Source: Dehalococcoidia bacterium (GTDB lineage Bacteria > Chloroflexota > Dehalococcoidia > Lucifugimonadales > QGNO01). Taken from it: 64,000 bases of DNA. The notes under the pieces are model-generated. The model was given only the letters and a program-made list of their open reading frames with translations, made no database searches and had not been told where the DNA came from. Where the stretch lies: the NCBI GenBank assembly GCA_965197965.1, contig OZ240235.1:1189820-1253819 (forward strand), in the 5' to 3' direction. Positions 1 through 10,997 of the stretch are shown here, one piece after another (position 1 is the first letter of the stretch; each line of letters opens with the position of its first letter). A program made the translations under genes and the position numbers.

Positions 1-212
1 GAGAAGATCGTAGGCCGGTAGCGGGTGAAATCGAAGTAGCGGCCGGGAGCGGCCAGCGACGCCAAATCGCGGGCGTCAATGTCCCGTTCCAGCCGTTCAA
101 GAGCAATGGTGGCCGACTTGCCCACGTTTACCCATGGCGACAGCGACCCTATAACGTGCGGCTGTCGCAGCTCAGGTAACGGCTCCAAGAGCTTGAAGTT
201 CCCTACCCACAT
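1..212 (-). CDS. PAC2-family (proteasome-assembly-chaperone-like) protein, N-terminal fragment; gene continues beyond the left edge
   Basis: Not in the ORF track because it runs off the window. Reverse-strand ATG at 212..210, frame open to base 1. My translation MWVGNFKLLEPLPELRQPHVIGSLSPWVNVGKSATIALERLERDIDARDLASLAAPGRYFDFTRYRP resembles PAC2-family N-termini (from memory, weak). Confidence 0.35.
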   Translation of the reverse strand, partial: MWVGNFKLLEPLPELRQPHVIGSLSPWVNVGKSATIALERLERDIDARDLASLAAPGRYFDFTRYRPTIF

Positions 213-221
213 GAAGGCCTC

Positions 222-824
222 TCAAGGGCCAAGGCGTTCAATTCGCCACCCTCCGCTTTCTTCCAGAGTATATCTCAAACGGTCGTGCAGGCGGTGCTCC
301 CTGGATTGCCAGAACTCCATCACCCTGACCCGCAGTCTATACCCGCCCCAGTCCGGCGGCCTGGGAACGTCGTCCCTGAACCTGGCGTCGTATTCGCTCC
401 AGCGCTCTTCTAGGCGCAGCCTATCGGGGATCACCCTGCTCTGCTCGGAGGCCCAGGCGGCTACCCGGCTTTCGCGGGAACGGCTTCGGAAGTAGGTATC
501 CGACTCCTCCGCCGTCGCCAGCTCGACGCTGCCCTCTGCCCTGACCTGGCGACTCAGCTTGGGCCAGTGGAACACCGCGGCGGCCTGGGGGTTCTCCCAC
601 AGATCCTTACCCTTGCGGCTGGTGTAGCCGGTGAAGAAGACAAGGCAGCCCTCATCGACGGCGCGCAGCAGCACCACGCGTGCGGAAGGCGCGCCATCAG
701 TGCCCGCGGTGGCCAGCACCATGGCGTCGGGAAAATCCTCGCCCGATTGCTGCGCCTCCTCGTACCACAGGTTGAACTGATGGAACGCGTCCTCCGAGAC
801 AGTATTCTCCTCTAGCGCCGACAT
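222..824 (-). CDS. pdxH: pyridoxamine 5'-phosphate oxidase
   Basis: 200 aa. ARVVLLR, GYTSRKG and C-terminal FWQSREHRLHDRLRY...WRIERLGP are PdxH family signatures. Confidence 0.9.
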   Translation of the reverse strand: MSALEENTVSEDAFHQFNLWYEEAQQSGEDFPDAMVLATAGTDGAPSARVVLLRAVDEGCLVFFTGYTSRKGKDLWENPQAAAVFHWPKLSRQVRAEGSVELATAEESDTYFRSRSRESRVAAWASEQSRVIPDRLRLEERWSEYDARFRDDVPRPPDWGGYRLRVRVMEFWQSREHRLHDRLRYTLEESGGWRIERLGP

Positions 825-986
825 GGTTGATTAGGCTAACAGCTACGGAACCTGCTTGCACTCCCAACTGGCAGAACCATCATCCTGAACCTCCCCAGCC
901 CGCTCACCCTGAGCTTGAAGTTTATCCTGAGCGTAGCCGAAGGAAAGGGAATGAGCGGGAGCAGCGCCAAGCCCGTTGCCGAACGC

Positions 987-1448
987 CTACCTGCCCCTCG
1001 ACTCCATCCACTCCTCGTGAGAGGGCACCTCTTCACCCACCACGTACAGCAGATAGTACGCCCCCGTATCGCCAAGGAACTTGAACTCCTTGCGCAGAGC
1101 GGCAACCGTTCCCTCGAAGCCGCCGTGGGAGCCAAGATAGCTCTTGAAAGAGCCGTGCTGATTCGCCAGTTCCACCATTTTGGCGGCGTTGCTCACAATA
1201 GCCTCTATCTTGCGGCGGTTCCGGATCACCCGCGTATCCTGGGCGGTCGCGTCTATTTCGCTCAAGGACATGCTTGCCACTCTCTCCGCGTCGAAGTTGT
1301 GGAACACCTCCCTTGTCCCCGGCCACTTGTTCTCCACAACCCTCCAGGAGATTCCGGTCTGAAAGATGGCCTTGCTCATGACGCCCAGGTAATCGCCCAG
1401 GCTTTGCGGATTGATCTGTTCGGGCGCTTTCATTTCGCCGCTGGGCAT
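987..1448 (-). CDS. DNA-3-methyladenine glycosylase I (Tag) family protein
   Basis: 153 aa. FQTGISWRVVENKW..F..FD..RVA........D..VIRNRRKIEAIVSNA matches the Tag layout. ORFs 915..1472(+) and 1033..1611(-) are shadow frames. Confidence 0.65.
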   Translation of the reverse strand: MPSGEMKAPEQINPQSLGDYLGVMSKAIFQTGISWRVVENKWPGTREVFHNFDAERVASMSLSEIDATAQDTRVIRNRRKIEAIVSNAAKMVELANQHGSFKSYLGSHGGFEGTVAALRKEFKFLGDTGAYYLLYVVGEEVPSHEEWMESRGR

Positions 1449-1609
1449 GTCTCCTCCATTTGGAACTGTTGACTATCGAATAGAATCCGTATTCTATACG
1501 AAAAGTGTCCGCTATAATGCCATGCAGACCTTTGCAAAACCTCTTCCCCCTTGACGGAGGAAGATTGAGATGGGGTGAACGCAAGGGTCTCCCATGCAGG
1601 AGGCGAACC

Positions 1610-2083
1610 ATGGCAAAGCGTTACTGGCTGTTCAAATCGGAGCCCGGCGCGTACTCCTTCGACGACCTGGTCGACGACGGTGTGGCCGAGTGGGACGGGG
1701 TGCGCAACTTCAAGGCGCGCAACTACCTGCGAGACGAGGTCAAAGAGGGCGACGGCGTTCTCTTCTACCACAGCAACGCCGACCCCATAGCCATCGTCGG
1801 CGCCGCCGAGGTGGTCCGTGAAGGCTACCCCGACGACACGGCGTGGGATCCAGGGTCAGACCATCCAGACCCCAAGAGCACGCCCGACAATCCAATCTGG
1901 TACATGGTAGACCTCAAGCCGCTGGAACGGTTCACCCGCATAGTGACCCGCGACGAGTTGAAAGAGGCGCCGCAGCTGGCGAGCATGGGCGTGCTCAAAC
2001 GCGGCAACCGCCTATCCATTCAGCCCGTCACCGAAGAAGAGTGGAACGCCGTCCGCGAAATGGGAGAGCCTGTAGCAGTTTAA
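1610..2083 (+). CDS. EVE (PUA-like) domain protein
   Basis: ATG 1610 preceded by GGAGG (1599-1603). MAKRYWLFKSEPGAYSFDDL...GVRNFKARNYLRDEVKEGDGVLFYHS is the classic EVE N-terminus. The track ORF start at 1505 was trimmed. Confidence 0.85.
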   Translation: MAKRYWLFKSEPGAYSFDDLVDDGVAEWDGVRNFKARNYLRDEVKEGDGVLFYHSNADPIAIVGAAEVVREGYPDDTAWDPGSDHPDPKSTPDNPIWYMVDLKPLERFTRIVTRDELKEAPQLASMGVLKRGNRLSIQPVTEEEWNAVREMGEPVAV

Positions 2084-2090
2084 GAAGACT

Positions 2091-2195
2091 ACGTAGGGGC
2101 AACCCTTGTGGTTGCCCTCTCCTGGGTATCTACGCGGGATACCCCTACAATACAGGTCGATCATGGCGATGCTATGAATATGGTCGGCATATCCG
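2091..2195 (+). repeat. REP-like double-hairpin unit, left copy flanking the RayT-like gene
   Basis: Hairpin GGGCAACC-cttgt-GGTTGCCC followed by hairpin GGGTATC-n7-GATACCC. About 105 bp is nearly identical to 2890..2994 in direct orientation. The tail (about 2234-2260) also resembles 3049-3078. Confidence 0.85.
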
Positions 2196-2256
2196 GCCCG
2201 TGGGCGACACTCCACCCAAGCCCCGCCCCCGCTTAACGTCGGCCCGGTGAGGGTGG

Positions 2257-2856
2257 TCATGGGAAATCTACCGCAGGGGCAGCGTTGAGGGCGACATCCG
2301 GGTTCTCACTGTCCAGCGCCCATTGCATCGGGTTGTTCGCTATGTATTCCCTGGCGCGGTCTAATTCGCGCCCGTCCCGGATGACGCGTTCGTAGTAGTT
2401 GCGTTGCCACAGACGCCTGTCGAAAGACTGCCACCCGCATGTGGTCACGCCTCTGGCGTACTCTATGGTTGTCAGGGATTAATATGCTCCCATCACATCC
2501 CCCAACGTGGGGGCAACCATTGTGGCTGCCCTCTTTCCTGTTGCCATACTATTGTCTTGGGCGCTCACGAGGGATACCCCTACGGGTTCGTTAATTACAA
2601 TGATACCGTGAATGTGGTTCGGCATGATAACGAACGCATCCAGGTCTATACCCGGGAACCGGCGTGGCAGCGTTTCCAACATCTCTTGTGTCATTATGCC
2701 CGCCTCGTTGAGGTGCATCTCATCTCCAACCACGTCTCCGAAGAGGCACAATCTGTTTTGGGTAACGGTGGTTACGAAATACGCTCCGGCACGGGAATAA
2801 TCGTAGCCCTTCAGACGAATCGAGCGCCTGCGTCGCGCTTCAGGGATGCTATCCAT
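2257..2856 (-). pseudogene. RayT-like REP-associated tyrosine (Y1, IS200/IS605-type) transposase, interrupted by an in-frame TAA
   Basis: ORFs 2479..2856 and 2257..2448 are in the same frame, separated by TAA at 2479-2481 (GDVMGAY*SLTTIEYARGVTTCGW). The N-part has the HUH motif (MPNHIHGII). The predicted catalytic Tyr region (RLWQRNYYERVIRD) lies after the stop. Confidence 0.8.
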
Positions 2857-2889
2857 ACGTCATTCTTCCCCTGTAACATAATCGTCCCA

Positions 2890-2994
2890 ACGTAGGGGCA
2901 ACCCTTGTGGTTGCCCTCTCCTGGGTATCCACGAGGGATACCCCTACAATACAGGTCGACCATGGCGATGCTATGAATATGGCCGGCATGTCCG
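2890..2994 (+). repeat. REP-like double-hairpin unit, right copy flanking the RayT-like gene
   Basis: Direct repeat of 2091..2195 with the same two hairpins and a few substitutions. Confidence 0.85.
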
Positions 2995-3092
2995 ACGCGA
3001 TGGTTCAACTCCGCGTGTCCTACGTGGGCATTTCATAAACCACTTCCTCAACGTCGGCTTCAGTGAGGGTGGGTCATGGGGCCACTAGTTCC

Positions 3093-4193
3093 CTAACGAG
3101 CTTGGCGAGCCTTGGAACCCTCGCCGATCAACGCTCGGATTCTCTTTTCCAAGCCATCACGCAACTCTTCGGGTGTTTCCCACACGACATGGTAGTGTTG
3201 CCGAACGTCAAAGTGTAGTTCATTCCGGTCTACGATGTCCTTCCGACACGAGCGAAGCACTGGAAGCCCCAGACCGTAAGCAAACCCCGCTTCGTAATAT
3301 ACACTGCCTCTCGCTCCTCTATCACCGTGGGTGAAATCGGCCACCATGAATCGAGACCGGCGAATCTCCCCTATGATTTCATCGTCAATTTTATCCACAT
3401 CTGGCTTGTCGCTGATTTTGAAGGCGTCGTAGCCAGCGTTCTCGACTGCCAGTCTTATACCTCTATTAAAGGCGTCATCCATACTCTCGTCAAACCACAT
3501 AGCTACAAACACTTGAGAAGAGTCTATATTGATTGTCTGATCTGCTATATGACTGTACCCATCAACTGTCACAGTGAAATGGCTCAGCACATCGCCCTGC
3601 CATTTGATCCAGCCGTTTCCCCGTAGATAGTCCATAAGGAATCGAATCTCACCAATCTGTAACGACTCGGACCAAGCCAGCGCCCCCCAAAAGGTAGGAC
3701 CTTCTGATATAGCTATACTCCCAAAAGGGTCTGGTTCGGCCGCAGGTGTGCCTAGCGACACACTGTCCCCAACGACTGATGTCAGATTGGACAAGTACCG
3801 CAGAAGCCTGTCCGCTCTTCGATGAACGGAGAGACACGGAGCATTCTTGGCCTCTTCTATCAACGCGGTAGTTACCTTTGGCCAAATATTACCCTGCTCC
3901 CTTAAGTCAATTAGAAGTGTGGTTAGACGAACTCTGACACTCGGGCTCACATCCCCTGCTTGAAGTGCCCCGGTTTCTCGAAGTCCGATAACGTAATTGC
4001 CATCAGACCTAGGTGCCTCCTCCACCTGAATAGCTCCACCGGCCTGAGAGAATGCTTTGCAAGGAAAATTAGGCCAGATGTAGTCGTTAGTGTTTATCTG
4101 ATTCCCTGCTATCAAATGACCTCCTCCTAACCTCTTACCACTGGGCTGCGAGGCTCCGAGACTCATAAGTTGCCAACAGTATACCCCCCTCAC
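3093..4193 (-). CDS. hypothetical protein with C-terminal nucleoside 2-deoxyribosyltransferase-like / TIR-like Rossmannoid domain
   Basis: 366 aa. GTG 4193 overlaps the SDR stop (GTGA); alternative ATG at 4166. The C-terminal part VFVAMWFDESMDDAFNRGIRLAVENAGYDAFKISDKPDVDKIDDEIIGEIRRSRFMVADFTHGDRGARGSVYYEAGFAYGLGLPVL follows the NDT/TIR-like layout. The N-terminal ~220 aa is unrecognised (possible wHTH). Visibly AT-richer than its neighbours. Confidence 0.6.
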   Translation of the reverse strand: MRGVYCWQLMSLGASQPSGKRLGGGHLIAGNQINTNDYIWPNFPCKAFSQAGGAIQVEEAPRSDGNYVIGLRETGALQAGDVSPSVRVRLTTLLIDLREQGNIWPKVTTALIEEAKNAPCLSVHRRADRLLRYLSNLTSVVGDSVSLGTPAAEPDPFGSIAISEGPTFWGALAWSESLQIGEIRFLMDYLRGNGWIKWQGDVLSHFTVTVDGYSHIADQTINIDSSQVFVAMWFDESMDDAFNRGIRLAVENAGYDAFKISDKPDVDKIDDEIIGEIRRSRFMVADFTHGDRGARGSVYYEAGFAYGLGLPVLRSCRKDIVDRNELHFDVRQHYHVVWETPEELRDGLEKRIRALIGEGSKARQAR

Positions 4194-4960
4194 CCCCTCA
4201 CCGACAGCTTGCCCGCCGAGTAACCTCCATCCACAAACAGCGTCTGTCCCGTGATGTACCCCGCCCGCGGCGAGGCCAGAAACGCCACCGCCTCAGCCAT
4301 ATCCTGCGGCGTCCCGGTCCTCCCCAGCGCCGTCTGCTCGATGAACGCCTTCTGATAAGCATCGCTGGGCGGACTCCACACCGGTGAATCGGTCATGGTG
4401 AGTCCCGGCGCCACCGCGTTGACGGTGACGGCGTGCGGACCCAGCTCCATTGCCAGGACGCGAGTGAACTGCAGCAAGCCCGCCTTGGACGCCGAGTACG
4501 CCGCACTGTTCACCCTTGCGTTCTCTCCTGCAGTGGACGCTATGCTTACGATGCGGCCCCCTTGGCCCTGGTCTATCATCGCCCTGGCCGCGGCCCGTGA
4601 GCAGAGGAAAGCCCCCTTCAGGTTCACCGCCATTATGCGGTCCCATTCCTCCTCGGTTATCTCCAGCACGCCGGAGTTGTGACCCACCCCGGCGTCGTTC
4701 ACCAGGATGTCCACCCTTCCGTATGTGCCGATTACTCCTTTGAACAACCGCTCCACCTGCGCCGAGTCCGATACGTCGCAGACGAAGACGCCCGCCGTGT
4801 TGCCCAAGGCCTCCAGCTCCTGCGACGTTTCCATGGCCAGGCTCTGATCGATGTCGGCGATGGCAATGACAGCCCCCTTTGCCGACAGGGCGGTAACAAT
4901 TGCCTTGCCGATACCTGCGGCGCCGCCGGTGACAACGGCCACCTTTCCTTCCAACTCCAT
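4190..4960 (-). CDS. SDR family oxidoreductase (FabG-like)
   Basis: 256 aa. TGGAAGIG cofactor motif and YSASKAG catalytic motif. Confidence 0.9.
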   Translation of the reverse strand: MELEGKVAVVTGGAAGIGKAIVTALSAKGAVIAIADIDQSLAMETSQELEALGNTAGVFVCDVSDSAQVERLFKGVIGTYGRVDILVNDAGVGHNSGVLEITEEEWDRIMAVNLKGAFLCSRAAARAMIDQGQGGRIVSIASTAGENARVNSAAYSASKAGLLQFTRVLAMELGPHAVTVNAVAPGLTMTDSPVWSPPSDAYQKAFIEQTALGRTGTPQDMAEAVAFLASPRAGYITGQTLFVDGGYSAGKLSVRG

Positions 4961-4970
4961 GAATCGCCTC

Positions 4971-6296
4971 CTATCCGGGTAGTGTGGCCGGCTCCTCCTC
5001 CGCCACAGCCTTGCGCTGCGGCGGCCTAGCCATGAACAGCAGAATGCCCGATGTGGCGAAGAAGCCCGCCGAGACCATCCACAGCGTCGTATGGGTTACC
5101 CCGGCATCCAAAAGGAACCCATAGACCGGGGGTCCCAATCCGGTCGCCGCCACCTGCACGGGGAACACTATGCCGCGGATGGTGCCCAAAAACCTCCGTC
5201 CAAAGTAGTTGGGCCAGATCAGATTGTTCGCCGTGATATAGGCGCCTCCTCCCGTAGCCCAGATCATGTTGTGGGCAAAGATGGTGTACGTCTGGCCGCT
5301 GGACAGTATCATGGGGATCATGGAAAGAGTGAAGACCAGCCCGCCGAATAGGGCCAGGTTCCGCGTCCTCACCTTCTCTCCAATAACGCCGAATACCACC
5401 ACGGAGAACATGAACGTGAACGGGTCCATCGCCGTGCCGAAAGCCACCAGCGCCGGCGACATGCCCGTCTCCTCCCAGTACGCCACTCTGTGAAGCAGCG
5501 TGCCCGCCAGTGCGAAGCCGCCCACGGCCAGCGCAAACAGTATCAGCCAGGACACGGGGTGCCGCAGCGCCTCCCTGGCTGTCCAGTCGGTCTCGACGAC
5601 CCTCCCCGACCCCAGGCCGGTGACGCCGGGCGATGGCGCGGTCCGCGTACCGTTCAAACCGTCGGGCTGAAGTCCCAGGTCGGAGGGTGCGCCCCGTAGA
5701 AAGAGAAGGCTCAACGGAACGGTGATTACCGCCGCCAGCACGCCCAGGATGGCCCACGCCTCACGCCAGCCTGTGTTTTGGATTATCCACTGCGCCGCCG
5801 GAATGATTAAGACCGTGCCTATCGCCATCCCCGTGGTGGCTATGGACATGGCGCGGCCCCGTTTCCTTACGAACCACTTGGCCACGGGCACCAGGGTGAG
5901 CAGGTTGCCTCCCGGCCCGCCTCCTAGTCCGACGCCGCCTGAGACCGCGAACAGCAGATAGAGCATCCATATCTGGTGTGTGTAGAACAGCCCAATCAAG
6001 CTGCCGCCTGCCACCAGACCGGCGATGAGCCCCAGCCACCGCGGACCAAACCTATCGATTATCACCCCAATGAGCGGCGCGGTGACCCCGCTTACCACCA
6101 GCCGGAACGTTATCGCCAGGGACAGCGCCCCCAGGCTCCAACCCATCTCCTCGCTCATCGGCGCTATGAAGAACGAGAACACCACCGGGTTCAGCGGCGA
6201 CGTGGCCATGTTGATAGCCAGAGCCGTAGCCACAATCACCCAGCCGTAGTAGAGCCGGGAGGGAATGGGAACGGGAACGGTGGGCAGCCTTTGCAT
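4971..6296 (-). CDS. MFS transporter
   Basis: 441 aa, about 12 hydrophobic segments, with a D-R-x-G-R-like loop (IDRFGPRW). Confidence 0.85.
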   Translation of the reverse strand: MQRLPTVPVPIPSRLYYGWVIVATALAINMATSPLNPVVFSFFIAPMSEEMGWSLGALSLAITFRLVVSGVTAPLIGVIIDRFGPRWLGLIAGLVAGGSLIGLFYTHQIWMLYLLFAVSGGVGLGGGPGGNLLTLVPVAKWFVRKRGRAMSIATTGMAIGTVLIIPAAQWIIQNTGWREAWAILGVLAAVITVPLSLLFLRGAPSDLGLQPDGLNGTRTAPSPGVTGLGSGRVVETDWTAREALRHPVSWLILFALAVGGFALAGTLLHRVAYWEETGMSPALVAFGTAMDPFTFMFSVVVFGVIGEKVRTRNLALFGGLVFTLSMIPMILSSGQTYTIFAHNMIWATGGGAYITANNLIWPNYFGRRFLGTIRGIVFPVQVAATGLGPPVYGFLLDAGVTHTTLWMVSAGFFATSGILLFMARPPQRKAVAEEEPATLPG

Positions 6297-6457
6297 AGAG
6301 GACTACATTAGGGCATAGGATAGCTTGAAGCAAGCTGGAGGTGTAGGCGGTACCGAGGCTAGGGCATACGTTGCGCCACATCAACGGATAGACGTAATCG
6401 GACGAGTGCAAAACTCCGCTAGAGCCTGTTAGGGTATGCTCCACAGAGGAGGGATGC

Positions 6458-6940
6458 TTGGAAACAGGTCGCCGCAAGACCGTGTATCTGGCCAATGCCT
6501 ACGGTTTCTCCACCCGGCAGCGCGCCACGGTGCTGCCGGAGCTGGTGACCGCGTTGGAATCCCTGGGGCTGGAGGTCTGGGAGCCTTTCCATCGCAACAA
6601 CCAGGAGGCCGGACTGAAGCCCGGCTGGGCCTACCGTGTCGGCCAGGCCGATGTGCGAGACGTGCGGGAAGCCGATGCCATCTTCGCCGTCGTCAACGGC
6701 GTGCCCCCGGACGAGGGAGTCATGGTGGAACTGGGCATCGCCGTCGCCCTCGGCAAGCCTACGTTCCTTTTCCGGGACGACTTCCGCCGCGCTACGGACT
6801 CAGAGCAATACCCGCTCAACCTCATGCTCTTCACCGGCATGCCGGAGCACGGATGGCAGGACTACTACTACACCTCGCTTGAGGAGATCGCCTCACCGGA
6901 CAAGATGCTGGCCCGCTGGGCCGCCGGCCATCCAACATAA
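6458..6940 (+). CDS. nucleoside 2-deoxyribosyltransferase family protein
   Basis: 160 aa. TTG start 6458 preceded by AGAGGAGGG. VYLANAYGFS...ADAIFAVVNG..PDEGVMVELGIAVALGKP matches the NDT family layout. Confidence 0.8.
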   Translation: METGRRKTVYLANAYGFSTRQRATVLPELVTALESLGLEVWEPFHRNNQEAGLKPGWAYRVGQADVRDVREADAIFAVVNGVPPDEGVMVELGIAVALGKPTFLFRDDFRRATDSEQYPLNLMLFTGMPEHGWQDYYYTSLEEIASPDKMLARWAAGHPT

Positions 6941-7010
6941 GATATGGGAATACGCCTTCTTCCATTTCCTTAGCGCGGGACCTCGGACTGTTACGAGCAT
7001 TACTCTGAGG

Positions 7011-9254
<2,244 letters not shown>

Positions 9255-9299
9255 CTAGTTCTGCCCCTGAAGCCACTCGTCGGTAAACTTCAGAACACT

Positions 9300-9500
9300 A
9301 CGTTTATGACTGCACCGTCTTGCTCGCGCAGGCGGGCATCCAGGGAGCGATGGGGGAGTCTGTCATTCTGAGACGCCCTGCGTCGAAGAATCCAAAGCCT
9401 CTCTCCGCAAAGCCGCGCTGTTTATTCGAACCGCCCACCGTCTTGCCCGCACAGGCGGGCATCCAGGGGCGATGGGATACTTCCAGCCGGCCACCCGTCG
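9300..9500. repeat. intergenic hairpin-repeat mosaic
   Basis: Two copies of CCGTCTTGC.CGC..GCGGGCATCCAGGG (9315-9345, 9438-9469) flank a GTCATTCTGAG...GAAGAATCCAAAGCCTCT..CGCAAAGCCGCG module (9362-9420). The same modules recur at 24.2, 30.1, 33.2 and 35.6 kb. Confidence 0.85.
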
Positions 9501-9503
9501 AGT

Positions 9504-9929
9504 CTACTGCCAAACGGCCAGCAGCACGCCTATGATGGCATACGATATCACCGGATATCCGATGTTGATGAGGAAGATCTTGAGGCCGCGGCCCTCGAAG
9601 CTGTAGGTCGTTGCGTACGACGTCGCGATAAACCCGATAGCTGCCAGCAGACCGAGGATGAGGCCGTCGACAACGCCTTCCGCTCCCATGCCTTGAATCA
9701 CCAGTGCCAGACCCAGGGTGAACACGAGCGCGCTCACAGCCGCCACCACATAGGGATACCACTGCCGTGCAGTCCCCTTCATCGCCTCCAAGTCCTCCAT
9801 CGTCAGGCCGACTCCCGCCATCCACGGCTTCCCCAACGCGCTGTACCACGCCGCGCCAAGCGCCTGGTTGATGATGATCCCCGCGATGATCGCCAGGTAG
9901 TTCAAGCTCCCAAGGTCTATGTTGTCCAT
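9504..9929 (-). CDS. DUF1761-family membrane protein
   Basis: Start at ATG 9929 (GAGGAG upstream). 141 aa with 4 hydrophobic segments. N-terminus MDNIDLGSLNYLAIIAGIIINQALGAAWYS is typical of DUF1761 (from memory). Confidence 0.65.
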   Translation of the reverse strand: MDNIDLGSLNYLAIIAGIIINQALGAAWYSALGKPWMAGVGLTMEDLEAMKGTARQWYPYVVAAVSALVFTLGLALVIQGMGAEGVVDGLILGLLAAIGFIATSYATTYSFEGRGLKIFLINIGYPVISYAIIGVLLAVWQ

Positions 9930-10130
9930 GACTCCTCGATTCTTCGGCTGGCGAAGGTCGGACCGTGTCCGCCTATCGCTCTCCCGGATTTTGGGCGTAT
10001 AGGCTATAGGAAAGAGCACGGGCGTTTCAATACCGTTGATGGGGGTGGACATCACCATCTCTGATTCACTACCCTCCACCCCAAACGACCCCCTACAGCA
10101 AAAGCGGTTCATTCAGAAGGAGGAACAGGC

Positions 10131-10346
10131 ATGAAGCTGCATTACTACCCAGAGACAGACAGCCTGTACGTCGAATTCAAGGCACGCCCCGGGGCGGAGA
10201 CCATCGAGGTCACTGAAGGGCTGAACGTAGACCTAGACGCTGACGGGGAAGTGGTTGGCTTCGACATAGACCAGGCATCCCGTCGCCTGGACCTGGCCAC
10301 GCTGGAAACAGAGGCATTGCCCCTACACAGTATCAGGGCAGGCTGA
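10131..10346 (+). CDS. DUF2283 domain protein
   Basis: 71 aa. MKLHYYPETDSLYVEF...VDLDADGEVVGFDI is the characteristic DUF2283 pattern. Confidence 0.75.
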   Translation: MKLHYYPETDSLYVEFKARPGAETIEVTEGLNVDLDADGEVVGFDIDQASRRLDLATLETEALPLHSIRAG

Positions 10347-10497
10347 TACGCCCGTTGGGGGCGTCCGAATAGTCAAGGGAGACATCAGCCATGCAGAAGA
10401 CGTTGCGCGTAAGAACCACGGCACAGCCCAGAGAAGTTGGCGGCTTATCGGAATCCGGCTCAACTATAGTACAATGGTATTGTTGAGGAGGTAGTAA

Positions 10498-10710
10498 ATG
10501 CCGGACGCTGAAATAGTCTTCCAGGTACGGGAATCCCCTGAGGGCGGCTATGAGGCCCGCGCTGTGGGTCACGGCATCTTCACAGAAGCCGAGAGCTGGG
10601 AGCATCTCCGAGAAATGATGCGGGACGCCGTGCTGTGTCACTTTGAGGAGGGAGAAGCGCCCCAATCTATTCGCGTCCATCTGGTTCAGGGTGAGGTAAT
10701 CCCTGTTTGA
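10498..10710 (+). CDS. hicB: HicB-like antitoxin (UPF0150-type)
   Basis: 70 aa. F.V.E..EGGYEA.A.G.GIFTEAESWEHLREMMRDAV pattern. 4-nt overlap (TTGA) with the downstream HicA. Confidence 0.6.
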   Translation: MPDAEIVFQVRESPEGGYEARAVGHGIFTEAESWEHLREMMRDAVLCHFEEGEAPQSIRVHLVQGEVIPV

Positions 10711-10958
10711 GGTTGCCGCGCAGCCTCTCTGGCATGGAATTGGCCGCCCTGCTGAGACGCAGCTACGGCTACCACGTCATACGGCAAACAGGCAGTCACA
10801 TGAGACTTGCAAGCGACTACAAGGGCTATGAGCATCGTATTTCTATTCCCATCCATAATCCACTAAAGGTTGGCACTCTAAGCGGTGTGCTCGGTGAAGT
10901 GGCAAACTACCTGGAAATAAGCGAAGGCCAATTGGCGCAAGAATTGTTTCAAGGATAG
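10707..10958 (+). CDS. hicA: HicA family toxin
   Basis: 83 aa. LPRSLSGMELAALLRR.GY...RQTGSHMRL matches HicA/YcfA. Confidence 0.75.
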   Translation: MRLPRSLSGMELAALLRRSYGYHVIRQTGSHMRLASDYKGYEHRISIPIHNPLKVGTLSGVLGEVANYLEISEGQLAQELFQG

Positions 10959-10997
10959 CTCATCACTGGACAACCCCCTAGTTAGGAGAGAGACCAC

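Noticed and set aside
2479-2481. In-frame stop in the RayT-like gene as programmed recoding
   Set aside because: The codon is TAA, not TGA or TAG, so Sec/Pyl recoding is implausible. The simplest reading is a nonsense mutation of an AAA Lys codon (homologs read ..GAYKSL..).
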